From: Chloroflexota bacterium
Lineage (GTDB): Bacteria; Chloroflexota; UBA11872; VXOZ01
Direction of reading: 5' to 3'
DNA: 64,000 nt
Assembly (NCBI GenBank): GCA_965221905.1
Contig: OZ244922.1
Span: 704,001-768,000 of the forward strand
Within the stretch, counting starts at the first letter, position 1; every line of letters begins with the position of its first letter. Below the pieces are notes generated by a model. It saw only the letters and a list, made by a program, of their open reading frames with translations. It did not search any database and had not been told where the DNA came from. Positions 47,262 to 57,864 of the stretch are shown piece by piece. Both the position numbers and the translations under genes were made by a program.

Positions 47262-47604
47262 TGCGGGCCAAGATTGACCTTGGTTGAGGGCAAGGCTTCC
47301 CTCTCAGGTTGTGGAAGTATTCATCGTGGACTCAAGTCATCAAAAGGGCGCAATCAAGGCCTCCTTCTCCCATCGGAGTCCCTTGGAATAATCCGTCATT
47401 CCGGCGAAAAGCCGGCCCCGTACTCGATACGGGGCCGGAATCCAGAGGTGAGGGGATAGTTTACGATTGCTAGCCTTCAAGCCACTCTTCACCCCCATCC
47501 CGGCCTTCCCCCATCATGGGGGAAGGGATTTCGCAAGGGTCGCCGCTGGCAGAGGGAACCAAGATCCATCTAAAATGGGAAACCAAGAGATCGCTGAAAT
47601 AGGA

Positions 47605-47630
47605 AGGGGCACGGCATGCCGTGCCCCCTT
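47605..47630. repeat. GGGGCACGGCATGCCGTGCCCC palindromic REP
   Basis: Full GTAG...CTAC copy at 60302-60329; degenerate copy at 25536. Confidence 0.8.
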
Positions 47631-47688
47631 TCCTAGTCGATGCTCAAGGCAGCTTTATCACGATGCTCGCAGCCGCAAACAGGAGCGC

Positions 47689-49080
47689 TTACGACTTGCT
47701 CTTGTACTCCTCCAGAATCGCCGTCATGCGCTTGGCGGCTTCGTCAAGGTTGGACTTCACCTCGCCGGGCGACTCGCCAAAGATGACCTGATGTGCCTCG
47801 CGCATGATGCCGCTGCATTCGCCGTACGTCGGCCAGTACTGGAAGTTGAACGCCAGGCCGTTGTACATGCGTTCCAGCATGAAGTCGGTCTGTATCTGCG
47901 CCTTATCCGGCTCCAGGAAGCTGTAATACTGCTCCCACAGCGTGCGGTCGGAAACCGGCAGCGGCTGACCCTGGCCCAAGGCTACCCACTGTTTCCAGCC
48001 CTCGATGCCGCCGATCCACTCGGCAAGGAACCAGGCGGTATCGTGGTCCGGATGCGATTCCGCAATCGACCACAGGTGGCCTTGGGAGAAGTGCTTCTGG
48101 TCCATGGGGCCCGCGGGATACGTATGGGCCTGCCATTCGAACGGCACGTTGCCCTCGTTACGGAAATTGATCCACCAGGGCTCGTTGCCCCAGGCGTCCC
48201 ACGTGGCATAGTACCCTTGATGCGACCCCAAGCCCTGAGCCTGGGGATTGGCCGCCGACGGCATGCTGCGGTCGGCAAACGCCATTTCTTGGTAGATGGT
48301 ATACATGGCCACGGCGGCCGGACTATTGACCAACGATTTGGTCTGGTCGTCGTCCACCCAGAAGTGTTGGCCGTAGTTCCACATCACCGCGAAGTTGTCA
48401 GAGCCGGTGTTGTTTGCAAGATTCTTGCCGCCCCAGATGTTCTCCTCCGGATTGACGGTGCGCTTCGCAATGTCGCGAAGATCGTCCATCGTCCAGCCTT
48501 CGGCCGGCAATTCCAATCCCGCGTTCTGGAAGATGGTCTGGTTGAGATAGATCAGGGTGCCGTTGAAGTCCTGTGCCGTGCCCCAGATGCGGCCTTGATA
48601 CGACATGGCCTCATGCATCGGCTGGACGTAATGGTCCAGGCTGGCAGTCGCGCTCGCTTTGACGCGATCGGTAATGTCGAGCACAAGGCCGCGCTCCACG
48701 TAATTGGACTTGAATTGCGCCCACAGGTTCCAGACGTCCGGCGGCACGCCCGCCGTAATCTGAGAAATGAGCTTGGGGTTGTACTCGGCGAACGGCGTTA
48801 TGGTCGCTTCCGCCTCATACTCACCGGCAAACGTCTCGTTGAACACGCCTAAGACGCGCACATAACGCTCGAGCACCGCGGCGTTGCCGTAGCTATTGAT
48901 GGATAGCTTCCGCACCTCTTTGGCGGGAGCCTCCTGGGCAGCCTCTTTCGGGGCCTCTTTCTTTTCCTCCATAGCCGGATCTTCGGCTGCAGGGGCGGTC
49001 TGCACCGCGCCGCATGCGGCGGCAACCAATGCGGTAGCCGCTACACCGCTGAAACGCAGGAAATTTCGTCGGGTAACCAT
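47689..49080 (-). CDS. Extracellular solute-binding lipoprotein (sugar ABC type, Tat signal)
   Basis: TRRNFL twin-arginine motif, AAAC lipobox, A/P/E/K linker, GVPPDV, AGLELP..GWT. Confidence 0.9.
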   Translation of the reverse strand: MVTRRNFLRFSGVAATALVAAACGAVQTAPAAEDPAMEEKKEAPKEAAQEAPAKEVRKLSINSYGNAAVLERYVRVLGVFNETFAGEYEAEATITPFAEYNPKLISQITAGVPPDVWNLWAQFKSNYVERGLVLDITDRVKASATASLDHYVQPMHEAMSYQGRIWGTAQDFNGTLIYLNQTIFQNAGLELPAEGWTMDDLRDIAKRTVNPEENIWGGKNLANNTGSDNFAVMWNYGQHFWVDDDQTKSLVNSPAAVAMYTIYQEMAFADRSMPSAANPQAQGLGSHQGYYATWDAWGNEPWWINFRNEGNVPFEWQAHTYPAGPMDQKHFSQGHLWSIAESHPDHDTAWFLAEWIGGIEGWKQWVALGQGQPLPVSDRTLWEQYYSFLEPDKAQIQTDFMLERMYNGLAFNFQYWPTYGECSGIMREAHQVIFGESPGEVKSNLDEAAKRMTAILEEYKSKS

Positions 49081-49134
49081 GATGGCTTACTCCTTGCCTC
49101 TATTCCGATTGTCAACCCTTTGACCTACTGTTGG

Positions 49135-49163
49135 ACTCTAACCCAGCTTTGGGCGTGCGTCAA
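49135..49163 (-). promoter_or_regulatory. Sigma70-type promoter for the binding-protein gene
   Basis: Minus-strand TTGACG-17 bp-TAGAGT; a GTCAA-N4-TTGAC palindrome lies just downstream at 49111-49124. Confidence 0.55.
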
Positions 49164-49256
49164 TCAAGAGAGTGGAAATTCCTGAGATCCAGTGACTTGA
49201 GATAGTTTCTTAGTCAAAGGGCTATCCCGCCATGCCCTGCAGGAGGTGGCGGCTTC

Positions 49257-50420
49257 CTATGCTGCCCCCCGCGAATCCCTTGGGCGGCGCAGCGGCTGTA
49301 GGCTTCGGTATGTAGCGACTCGCCAGAGCCACTCTGCAGGTCCGAAAAGGAAGCGACTTAGCCACGCTTGCGACCACCACACCTGCAGCGCCCACACTGC
49401 GAAGACAAACACCAAGACGCCACTTCGATTCACTGAGTCGACATCGCCTAGCAGGAGTGTCAATGTAAGCACGCCCAAAATCGTCTGCATTAGATAGTTC
49501 GTCAACGCCATCCTGCCCACAGCGCGCAGTCGCCGCTTAAGCCAATTATCGGCGCCGTTGTTCCAAAGAATGACAAGGCTCATAAATCCCAATGACGCAG
49601 GGATTGTGCCAAGACTGTTCGGCACCTGTCCTATCAGTGCAACATCTCTCGAGTAGTCCCCCAAAGCAGTAATGACAACGCCCAGCGCGGCAAGCGCCAA
49701 TCCGACGCCAAGCCCTATGGTTGCGGTCTTGCGGTAGGTCTCTACCGACTTGCTGCCATCCGTGAAGCCCATACGGTATAGCGCAGCGCCGATGAGAACC
49801 ATCCCAGGCCCGCGCACAATGTACGAGAGCCACGAAAGATAACCCAGTGTCTCGTCCTCTGCCTCCGTGGTCATCCATATACCGCCAAGCGGTGCGCCCG
49901 CATTTACAAGGGCTTGTCCGTACAGATCGCTGACTACGGACAGCATGAACACAGCCACGCCAATCGTCAGCAGCGCCTTGTTCGGCAGATTTCGCAGCGG
50001 GATCAGAATGAAGGCTGACAGCGCATAGATCATCAGCACGTCGCCGTACCAAAGCATGAAGTGGGCTATACCGATTGCCAGCAGCAAGATGTTGCGCCAC
50101 AGGTTCAGCAGTACGGCACGCCTGCCTCTCTGGGCGGCACGGTCTATGAACAGAATTATCCCCGCCCCGAACAGCAGTGAGAACATCCCCATGAACTTCT
50201 GGTCGATGAAGACCTCGCCGAAGATGCTCACAGCCCAATCCAGCCACGTCTCAGAACCGCCGGCGCTGATGTTGTGGTAAGCTGCTTCAACGAATTTGAA
50301 CGACACTGCGTTCATCAGCAAAATGCCCAACACCGCAACCCCGCGTATCAGGTCGAGGCTGGTTATGCGCGTGGGTTCGCGAACGGGACCGGAGTCAGCG
50401 GTCTGGGATCGTGCTGCCAA
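49257..50420 (-). CDS. DUF418 (YeiB-like) membrane protein
   Basis: RITSLDLIRGVAVLGILLMN, KFMGMFSLLFGAG, GDVL, VGRMALTNY, GPAEWLWR. Confidence 0.92.
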   Translation of the reverse strand: MAARSQTADSGPVREPTRITSLDLIRGVAVLGILLMNAVSFKFVEAAYHNISAGGSETWLDWAVSIFGEVFIDQKFMGMFSLLFGAGIILFIDRAAQRGRRAVLLNLWRNILLLAIGIAHFMLWYGDVLMIYALSAFILIPLRNLPNKALLTIGVAVFMLSVVSDLYGQALVNAGAPLGGIWMTTEAEDETLGYLSWLSYIVRGPGMVLIGAALYRMGFTDGSKSVETYRKTATIGLGVGLALAALGVVITALGDYSRDVALIGQVPNSLGTIPASLGFMSLVILWNNGADNWLKRRLRAVGRMALTNYLMQTILGVLTLTLLLGDVDSVNRSGVLVFVFAVWALQVWWSQAWLSRFLFGPAEWLWRVATYRSLQPLRRPRDSRGAA

Positions 50421-50572
50421 TGGATCGAACTCCTTAAGCAGAATTGGGGGAATTTGCGTTTCCAGTAATAGAGGTAGGGTGCAAGTGATTTTGGCTAGTA
50501 TTGTATATGAGTTCCCTCTCTTTTGCCGCGTGGCCCAGCTAGAGGGCGCTCACATAGATTCCACTCCTTGGC

Positions 50573-52153
50573 CTACCGGCGGAAGAACGGCAGCCTTTGC
50601 CACACGGAGCGCGCTTCCGGCACACCGAGGAGCAGCGCGGAGAGGACATAGACCCATATAAGCACGGTGCCGTAAAGGACGAAGCGGACGACGGCCGGCG
50701 TACTGGAGAGCGGGACCAGCCACTGGAGTGCGCCGCTCACGCCCGCGGCGAGGAGCGTGCAAAGCAGGAGGGATGGGACGCCAGTGAGAAATCGAAAGTC
50801 CGGTACCCGCCGCGCCAGCAGCACCCACAGCCAAACGGCTTCGAGCAGCACCGCCAGCGAGATACCGAGCGCAAGGCCGCCTTGGGCTAAGGGTCGCATG
50901 AGAAGAAAGGCAAGAGCGATTCCCAGCCCCATGCTCACGATGCCGATCAGTACCGGCGTGCGCGTGTCCTTGAGCGCGAAGAAGCCACGGTTGAGCACTT
51001 CCACCGCGCCGTGTCCGGCCAGACCGACCCCAAAGAAGAGCAACGCCCATGCGGTGAGTTCGGTGGACGCAGCGTCGAACGCGCCGCGCTCGAATAGGGT
51101 AGCAACCACAAGCGGCGCAAAGAGCATGAGACCCGCGGCTGCCGGTAACAGAAAGAAGAGCACGGTGCGGACGGCCGCCGTAAGCTGCCGGGCCAGCTCC
51201 GGCGTGGGACCGTCCATAGCGGCAGCCGCGAATTGTGGGAACCACGCGCGCGCCACGGCCATGCCGAATACTCCTAACGGCAGCATCATGAGTACCCAGG
51301 CATAGTTCATTGCTACGACGACATTCGCGCCAAGCCTGGAGGCCAAGTTAATCATGATGAAAATGAGTGAGAGGTGTACCGCAAGCAGTCCTGCCATGCG
51401 AGGGACCGTGAGCTGCACCAATCGTTTCAACTCAGGCAGGTGGAGGTGAAGAACCGGCGCGTAGCCCGGTCCCAGCGTGCGAAAAGCAGGGATTTGCACG
51501 ATTATGTGCAACACGGCGCCAATCACCACGCCAATCGCTAAACCGTAGATGCCCCACCAGATTGCGAGCACGACCGCGCCCGCGATTCCGGCGAGGCTAT
51601 AGAGCAGCGGTGCAAATGCGGGTAACAGAAAGTGCTGCCGCGCGTGGAGCGTGGCAGTGAGCACTTCGCTGACGGCGAGGAAGAGGGGCGAAAACGCCAC
51701 GATGGAGATGAGGGCAACCGTGAGTTCTCGGTCCGCCGCATCGAAGCCGGGCGAAATGAGCGGCACGACCCAGGGGGCAAGCAGTATGATCACAGCGACG
51801 AACAGGGCGAGCACGATGATCAGGCCGTTGAGCACCGAACTGGCGAATGCCCGCGCCGTGGCAGCGTCATTCCGCGCCAGCATCTCGCGGTAGAGCGGGA
51901 TGTACGCGGAACTCAACGCGCCGCCCGCAAAGAGCAGGAACGCCAAGTCGGGGAGCCGGAACGCCGCTACGTAGGCCGCAAGTTCTCCCGAGGTACCGAA
52001 ACGCGCGCTAACGGCGACTTCCCGTCCTAACCCCAGCACGCGTGAGAGGACATAGCTGACCATTAGGATGGTCGCGCCGCCGGCAACCGTGCTGCCACCG
52101 GCCCTCAGCCAGGCAAACCGGCCGGATGGGGTCGGGTTTTCAGAATAAGACAT
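50573..52153 (-). CDS. murJ: Lipid II flippase MurJ
   Basis: SRVLGLGRE, AFRLPD, GALSSAYIP, LPLGVFG, LFERGAF, FFALKDTRTP. Confidence 0.93.
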   Translation of the reverse strand: MSYSENPTPSGRFAWLRAGGSTVAGGATILMVSYVLSRVLGLGREVAVSARFGTSGELAAYVAAFRLPDLAFLLFAGGALSSAYIPLYREMLARNDAATARAFASSVLNGLIIVLALFVAVIILLAPWVVPLISPGFDAADRELTVALISIVAFSPLFLAVSEVLTATLHARQHFLLPAFAPLLYSLAGIAGAVVLAIWWGIYGLAIGVVIGAVLHIIVQIPAFRTLGPGYAPVLHLHLPELKRLVQLTVPRMAGLLAVHLSLIFIMINLASRLGANVVVAMNYAWVLMMLPLGVFGMAVARAWFPQFAAAAMDGPTPELARQLTAAVRTVLFFLLPAAAGLMLFAPLVVATLFERGAFDAASTELTAWALLFFGVGLAGHGAVEVLNRGFFALKDTRTPVLIGIVSMGLGIALAFLLMRPLAQGGLALGISLAVLLEAVWLWVLLARRVPDFRFLTGVPSLLLCTLLAAGVSGALQWLVPLSSTPAVVRFVLYGTVLIWVYVLSALLLGVPEARSVWQRLPFFRR

Positions 52154-52585
52154 GGTGAGACCCTACGGGAAGTCGGAGAGAAGTAGGGAGAGTGATGGGA
52201 GTCCTCTAAGCAAGTGTAGAAACGTAATTCCCGTTCGTCCTGAGCCTGTCGAAGGATGAACGGTTGCAGGCTCGCAAAACGGAGACTCTCTTGTACTGAG
52301 CGAGGTGAGCCTTACTTTTCCTGCGCTTGAGGAAGGATCAGGCCATTTTCGGGCTATTGTCTGATAGCTCCTCGCACACAGTTGAGCCTACGCTGGGTAT
52401 GGCAGAGCGCGCCATCCGTAGGCTAATGCTAGCACAGGAATCTGCCTAAGCGCAGTATTCAGGTGAGTCGACGCATCGCAGCGCCACGGCGCAGTAGGCA
52501 AGTCAAGACGAAGCAGGATGTGGCGCGTTAGGCCTCGGTGCTCGTGGAGTCTGAATTGGGTAGCAGCGCGAGAGGGAGGTTGAGG

Positions 52586-53467
52586 CTAGGGGTGCTCGTA
52601 GGCGAGCCGCAAAATTTCGCCGAATCGCTCATCTTTCCGAAGGGGCTCGAAGGTCTCAGAATGCAAGATTAGCAGCACGGCTTTGCCGATTTCCCCGTGT
52701 GTCGAATTGTCTTTCAAGGACAACTCAAGATGGTGAAGTGCGTCCTCGAAATCGTTCCGCTGTAAGCAATATCGAGCTTGCTCAAAGTTGAGACCAAAAT
52801 CCTGGCCATCTAATGCAAGTCCAGCGCACACAGCCGCTTCGGCCTCGTCGTGCTTACCTAGACTCGCTAGCGCTTCGGCCAATTTGCTGTAGGTGCTTGC
52901 AATTGCCCTGTGCTGGCCTCCTGCAAACATCCACGACGCCAGCGAATGCGCTTTGAGCCAATCCACCTCCGCCTGTAAATGAGGCAACGCGAGCTCATGC
53001 TCGCCGATGTCACAGTATGTCCAACCAAGTAATGAGAGGACTTCATAGCTCGGCCCGCGCGAAGCTAGCTCCCGTTCTGCACACGCGATGACCTCGTCAT
53101 GACGGCCAAGGCGTCTCTGGCGCTGGAACGTGAACGGCATTACGAATTTGAATAACCCAATCCGGGCCGCCGGACCACGGTGCAGGTGAATCAACAAACT
53201 ATCAAGCTTATAGCGGAGGAGTTGAAACAGCCATTTCTTACCAAAATGCGCTCGGAGCAATTCACGATTGAGCGCCTCGACGTTACCGAGGGCTGCCACG
53301 GCCTTCTGCTCTGCAGAAGCTGGCTCCTCGCCCTGCGCTACCGACTGCTGAATAGCGTCCTCGAGGTGCGCACGCAATTCATCCCCGGCCTCTTTACGTT
53401 TCGGGAGTGGCAGTCCCGCCACTGCTTTGCGGAGAAAGCGTTTCGTTTCCGGCGTCAAGCGCGCCAT
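52586..53467 (-). CDS. HAAS/permease-prefix-like N-terminal domain + TPR protein, paralogue B
   Basis: ELRAHLEDAI...AVAALG N-terminus; TPR-like helices; C-terminal FEPLRKDERF. Confidence 0.8.
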   Translation of the reverse strand: MARLTPETKRFLRKAVAGLPLPKRKEAGDELRAHLEDAIQQSVAQGEEPASAEQKAVAALGNVEALNRELLRAHFGKKWLFQLLRYKLDSLLIHLHRGPAARIGLFKFVMPFTFQRQRRLGRHDEVIACAERELASRGPSYEVLSLLGWTYCDIGEHELALPHLQAEVDWLKAHSLASWMFAGGQHRAIASTYSKLAEALASLGKHDEAEAAVCAGLALDGQDFGLNFEQARYCLQRNDFEDALHHLELSLKDNSTHGEIGKAVLLILHSETFEPLRKDERFGEILRLAYEHP

Positions 53468-53629
53468 TGATAGCCTCCATTCGCCCGCCTTCGCTAATGC
53501 AGACGACTATTGCACCAGTGCGGCAGAGCATTTCGACAAGAGAAGAGCGCCTAGTGAAAGACGTCGCCTCGGTCGGCTGCTGCCAACGCTGCGCCCAAGT
53601 TGATGATGGCCGAAAGCATGTGCGTGAGC

Positions 53630-54583
53630 TTACCTGAATGCGTGGGCCCAATCCAGGAGACGACTGAATCGCGCGTCTTCACGCAGCGGATCGAACACGT
53701 CGGCCTGCAATACTGAAAGGACAACCTTGCCGAGGTCACCAACTGTAAGATCATCGTCCAGTGAAGCTTCCAGATGTTGAAAAGCGCCGTCTATGTCTCC
53801 CCGTTTGAGGCAGTAGGTTGCCTGCTGGAAGTTGAGACCGAAGAATTCGTCATCCACCGCGAGCCCGGCGCGCACGGCCGATTCGGCTTCTCCATGCCTA
53901 CCCATGGTCTCCAATGAGATTGCCAATTGGCTGTACGCCCCAGCGAGCAACCTTTGCCTGCCGCCTATGAAATCCCATGGTCCTGAACGCGTAATGAGCC
54001 AATCCACCGCCGCCTGATTGTGTGCCAGCGTGCGCTCTTGGTAGGCTTCCGCTGCCCGCACATGTGCCTGCGCGCGTTCGCATCCGCCCGTTCTTGCGTC
54101 CCGGTTTGCCAGTTTGCGTTCGTGCGCGGCAAGGGCACTGTATGCCTCACCAAGCCTAGCGTGGATTCTGTAGCTTGGCCCCCGCGACGCGAGCTTTCGT
54201 TCCGCGCGGGCGATTGTTTGCTCTACTCGGACTCGATCGGGTTGGCTTCCAATGTTGGTCGATTCTCTTCGGCCTTTGTACCCAACCTGACCACCTGCCG
54301 ATTTTATGGCCCACTTGTAGAACTTGGAGCGGAGGAGAAAGAGTGGCCACCTGTGCCCACAATGAGAACGGAGCAATTCCCGGTTGAGCGCCGCGGCGTC
54401 GCCAAGCGCCGCTACGGCTTCCTGCTCCGCAAGCTCACGTTCGCTGCCTTGCGCTACCCGTTGTTGGATAGCGTCCTCCAGGTGCGCGCGGAGTTCGTCT
54501 TTGGCTTCACTGCGTTTCAGGAACGGCAGTCCCGCCACTGCCTTGCGGAGAAAGCGTTCCGTTTCCGGCGTCAAGGGCGCCAT
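53630..54583 (-). CDS. HAAS/permease-prefix-like N-terminal domain + TPR protein, paralogue A
   Basis: Paralogue of 52586-53467; C-terminal FDPLREDARF; GGAGG RBS lies inside the padR 3' end. Confidence 0.8.
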   Translation of the reverse strand: MAPLTPETERFLRKAVAGLPFLKRSEAKDELRAHLEDAIQQRVAQGSERELAEQEAVAALGDAAALNRELLRSHCGHRWPLFLLRSKFYKWAIKSAGGQVGYKGRRESTNIGSQPDRVRVEQTIARAERKLASRGPSYRIHARLGEAYSALAAHERKLANRDARTGGCERAQAHVRAAEAYQERTLAHNQAAVDWLITRSGPWDFIGGRQRLLAGAYSQLAISLETMGRHGEAESAVRAGLAVDDEFFGLNFQQATYCLKRGDIDGAFQHLEASLDDDLTVGDLGKVVLSVLQADVFDPLREDARFSRLLDWAHAFR

Positions 54584-54884
54584 TGATAGCCTCCACCAGT
54601 GTGTGCCAATGCTCCCGGCGTTCGGCCAGCGCCTTGTGGCCCCGCGCCGTCAGACGATAGTAGCGGCGGCGCGGGCCGCGCGGGCTGTCCTGCCAGTAGG
54701 GCTTTACCAACCCTTCAGCTTCTAAGCGGTGCAACGCGGGGTAGAGTGTGCCTTCCTTGAAGTCGAGCACGCCGTTGGTGCGTTCGCGCAGTGCCTCGGC
54801 GATCTCAAACCCGTACATGGGCCGCGCTGCCAGCAGATCGAGAAGGAGCAGGCTTGCCGTGCCTTTACGTAATTCGCGTAACAT
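54507..54884 (-). CDS. PadR family transcriptional regulator
   Basis: MYGFEI, EGTLYPALHRLEAEGLV, GPRRRYYRLTARG. ATG at 54884. Confidence 0.95.
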   Translation of the reverse strand: MLRELRKGTASLLLLDLLAARPMYGFEIAEALRERTNGVLDFKEGTLYPALHRLEAEGLVKPYWQDSPRGPRRRYYRLTARGHKALAERREHWHTLVEAINGALDAGNGTLSPQGSGGTAVPETQ

Positions 54885-54885
54885 G

Positions 54886-54919
54886 TATATAGAATATCTA
54901 AGTAGTGGAAATAGTGCAA
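54886..54919 (-). promoter_or_regulatory. padR promoter with an overlapping palindromic operator
   Basis: Minus-strand TTGCAC-17 bp-TATTCT; imperfect inverted repeat TATATAGA-ATA-TCTAAGTA over the -10. Confidence 0.65.
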
Positions 54920-55479
54920 GCTCTTTCAGGAAGTTTCCGGGCATGTTTTCTCGTTGCTTGCCCATGCGGAAGCAGAGATTCGCGAGTTCTTTTCAGTACG
55001 ACCTGACAGATCAACGCCAAATCCTCGCTGGCTTCCCTCAGGTTGTCTTTGCCAATCGTGCTGAGCTTGCTTGTCCTGAGCATGTTGAGGGGTCCAGGTA
55101 TGAGCGGCACTGAGTTTAGACCGTCGGGCCGGAGATACTGCCCCGTTCACCCTTCGACAGGCTCAGGGCGAACGGGATAACGTAGAAGCCGAAGGTAGTA
55201 GATTAGAGTTGCACAGGCAGGCGCAAGAACAGAAAGGGTTGGCATTGAGGCCAAACGGTTAGTTTCTGTAACCTCTCGTTTTCAGTGGGAAAAGTCGGAG
55301 TCTACCCACAGAATCAACTCCGAACTCAAGCGCGGTGCCGTATAATAGGGAGCAAGAGAACTCAGCCAACGTGAGCGTTTCATGTAGCAGAGGAGGGACT
55401 GCCGGTGATACGGAATGATACCGCCGAGAGTGAGGGCATATCCACCACACTTGAGCCCCTAGCTCCCACCAGCGACCTG

Positions 55480-56946
55480 ATGTCCGCTGATAAGTTGTTG
55501 AAACAGGGCCTTACCTTCGACGACGTAGTACTCATTCCCGACTATTCCGCTGTTCTGCCGAAAGACGCCGATACCCGCACGTGGCTGACCCCGACTATTG
55601 CGCTCAATATACCGCTCATCTCCGCCGCCATGGATACCGTTACCGAAGCGCGCCTGGCCATTGCTCTGGCACGGGAAGGCGGCATCGGCATCATCCACCG
55701 CAACCTGGAAATCGATGTTCAAGCTGCCGAAGTAGATAAGGTCAAGCGCTCGGAAGCCGGCATGATCGTGGACCCCATCACCTTGGGCCCCAATGCGACC
55801 GTGCGCCAGGCGGTGGACCTGATGGAGCGCTACCACATCTCAGGCGTGCCGATCACCGAGAACGGCAAGCTGATAGGCATTCTCACCAACCGCGACATTC
55901 GCTTCGAGGAGAACCTCGACCAGCCCGTGCTGAACGTGATGACTAAAGAGGGCCTCATCACGGTTCCCGTCGGCACCACGTTGGAAGAGGCCAAAGATAT
56001 CTTGCGCCATCACCGCATCGAGAAGGTGCCGGTGGTAGACGACCACTTCATGCTCAAAGGCCTAATTACGGTTAAAGACATCGCCAAGAAGATCCAGTTT
56101 CCGCTGGCGACGAAGGACGAGAAGGGACGCCTGCGCGTAGGAGTGGCGGTAGGCACGAACGTGGAGGGCATCAAGCGCGCCCAAGAGGCGGTGGCGGCCG
56201 GGGTTGACGTGCTGGTGCTGGATAGCGCGCACGGTCACTCCGCGGGAGTCATCGAGACGCTGCGCAAGCTTAAGACACTCTTCGACGTGCCGGTAATTGC
56301 CGGTAACATTGCCACGGCAGCCGCGGCGGAAGACCTCATCAAGGCCGGCGCCGACGCGCTCAAAGTTGGCGTGGGACCCGCATCCATCTGCACGACGCGG
56401 GTGGTGACCGGCACCGGCGTACCGCAAATTACGGCGATTTCCGATGTTGCCGGTGTCGCCACGCAGTACGGCGTCCCCGTAATCGCCGACGGCGGCATCC
56501 AGTATGCCGGTGACGTGGCAAAGGCGATTGCCGCGGGCGCCGACACGGTTATGATCGGTTCGCTCTTCGCCGGTGTAGAGGAGAGTCCCGGCGAGGTGGT
56601 GCTCTACCAGGGCGAACAGTTCAAAGAGTACCGCGGCATGGGTTCGATGGGCGCTATGAAGGCCCGCTCCGCCAGCCGCGACCGCTACTTCCAGGACTAC
56701 ATTGGCGAGGAGTCGAAGCTCGTGCCCGAAGGCATCGAGGGCCGTGTGCAGTACAAGGGGCCGCTTTCAGCACTGGTGATTCAACTCGTGGGCGGCTTGC
56801 GCCAGGCAATGGGCTACTGCGGCAACGCCACCATTCAGGAGATGAAGGAACACGCGCGCTTCGTGCGCATGACCCCCGCCGGTCTCCGCGAAGCCCACCC
56901 CCACGACGTCATCCTGACTAAAGAAGCGCCCAACTACTCACGATAG
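55480..56946 (+). CDS. guaB: IMP dehydrogenase
   Basis: [18 protein letters not shown] pair, [29 protein letters not shown]. Confidence 0.98.
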   Translation: MSADKLLKQGLTFDDVVLIPDYSAVLPKDADTRTWLTPTIALNIPLISAAMDTVTEARLAIALAREGGIGIIHRNLEIDVQAAEVDKVKRSEAGMIVDPITLGPNATVRQAVDLMERYHISGVPITENGKLIGILTNRDIRFEENLDQPVLNVMTKEGLITVPVGTTLEEAKDILRHHRIEKVPVVDDHFMLKGLITVKDIAKKIQFPLATKDEKGRLRVGVAVGTNVEGIKRAQEAVAAGVDVLVLDSAHGHSAGVIETLRKLKTLFDVPVIAGNIATAAAAEDLIKAGADALKVGVGPASICTTRVVTGTGVPQITAISDVAGVATQYGVPVIADGGIQYAGDVAKAIAAGADTVMIGSLFAGVEESPGEVVLYQGEQFKEYRGMGSMGAMKARSASRDRYFQDYIGEESKLVPEGIEGRVQYKGPLSALVIQLVGGLRQAMGYCGNATIQEMKEHARFVRMTPAGLREAHPHDVILTKEAPNYSR

Positions 56947-57097
56947 GCGTTGCAGAGACATTACGGCTGCTAAGAGATCGAGTGCCGACAACTCATTCAA
57001 TTGAAGGGTTGTTTCCGGGCAAACTGTCTGAATTCTACTCTTAAGGGCCATTGTTAAGTAGAGGACACTTCTCAACCTTCTTTATAGGATTTTAGGC

Positions 57098-57850
57098 ATG
57101 CCGTCCGCGATTGAATGGACAGACGAAACCTGGAACCCGGTAACGGGCTGTACTCGCGTTTCGCCAGGCTGCGATAACTGCTATATGTACGCAATGTATC
57201 CGCGCCTGAAGGGTATGGGTGTTAAGGGATACAGTACTGCTCCAAGTGATATTCAATTGCTACCCGAGCGATTAGTCTTACCGCTAACTTGGAAAAAGCC
57301 AAGACGTGTATTTGTTAACAGCATGTCTGATCTCTTCCATTCTCGCGTTCCCTTTGAGTTTGTATTCGAGATGTTCCAAGTAATGCAGCAAGCAGCACTT
57401 GAGCGAGGCCACGAATTTCAAATTCTGACGAAGAGGCCGGGCAGAGCTGTTGCTTGGTGGAAGCAGTATGAAGCAAAATTTCCCGATGGTTGGCACCCGA
57501 ATATTTGGATTGGCACGTCGGTGGAAAACCAAAAGTACGCTCCGCGCCTTACGGTCTTGGCGCGCCTGCCGGCCCCTATCCGATTCGTCTCTGCTGAACC
57601 TTTGCTGGAACAGATCGAATTGACACCTTGGCTAAGAGACGGGACTCTTCAATGGGTGATTACAGGAGGTGAAAGCGGTAATGGCGCAAGACCCATGGAT
57701 TTGGACTGGGTGCGAAGTCTGCGCGACCAGTCAGAAGGCGCAGGAGTGGCTTTCTTCCTAAAGCAGCTTGGTGGAGTAAGGAATAAGCGTGGTGGCGATG
57801 CTGCAGTAATTGATGGCCGTCACTGGCGACAAATGCCTATAACGAACTAG
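57098..57850 (+). CDS. DUF5131 / phage Gp37-Gp68 family radical-SAM-like protein
   Basis: SAIEWTDETWNPVTGC, CX6CX2C (CTRVSPGCDNC), FVNSMSDLFH, LTKRP, SAEPLL, GGESG, FFLKQ. Confidence 0.93.
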   Translation: MPSAIEWTDETWNPVTGCTRVSPGCDNCYMYAMYPRLKGMGVKGYSTAPSDIQLLPERLVLPLTWKKPRRVFVNSMSDLFHSRVPFEFVFEMFQVMQQAALERGHEFQILTKRPGRAVAWWKQYEAKFPDGWHPNIWIGTSVENQKYAPRLTVLARLPAPIRFVSAEPLLEQIELTPWLRDGTLQWVITGGESGNGARPMDLDWVRSLRDQSEGAGVAFFLKQLGGVRNKRGGDAAVIDGRHWRQMPITN

Positions 57851-57864
57851 GAACAGCAAGTTCG

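Noticed and set aside
53394-53480. Mini-ORF MEAINGALDAGNETLSPQSSGGTATPET mirroring the PadR tail
   Set aside because: Best explained as the alternate frame carried along when paralogue B and its RBS were duplicated; no independent support.
57098-57850. Prophage, on the basis of the Gp37/Gp68 family gene
   Set aside because: No integrase, structural, terminase or lysis genes in the window.
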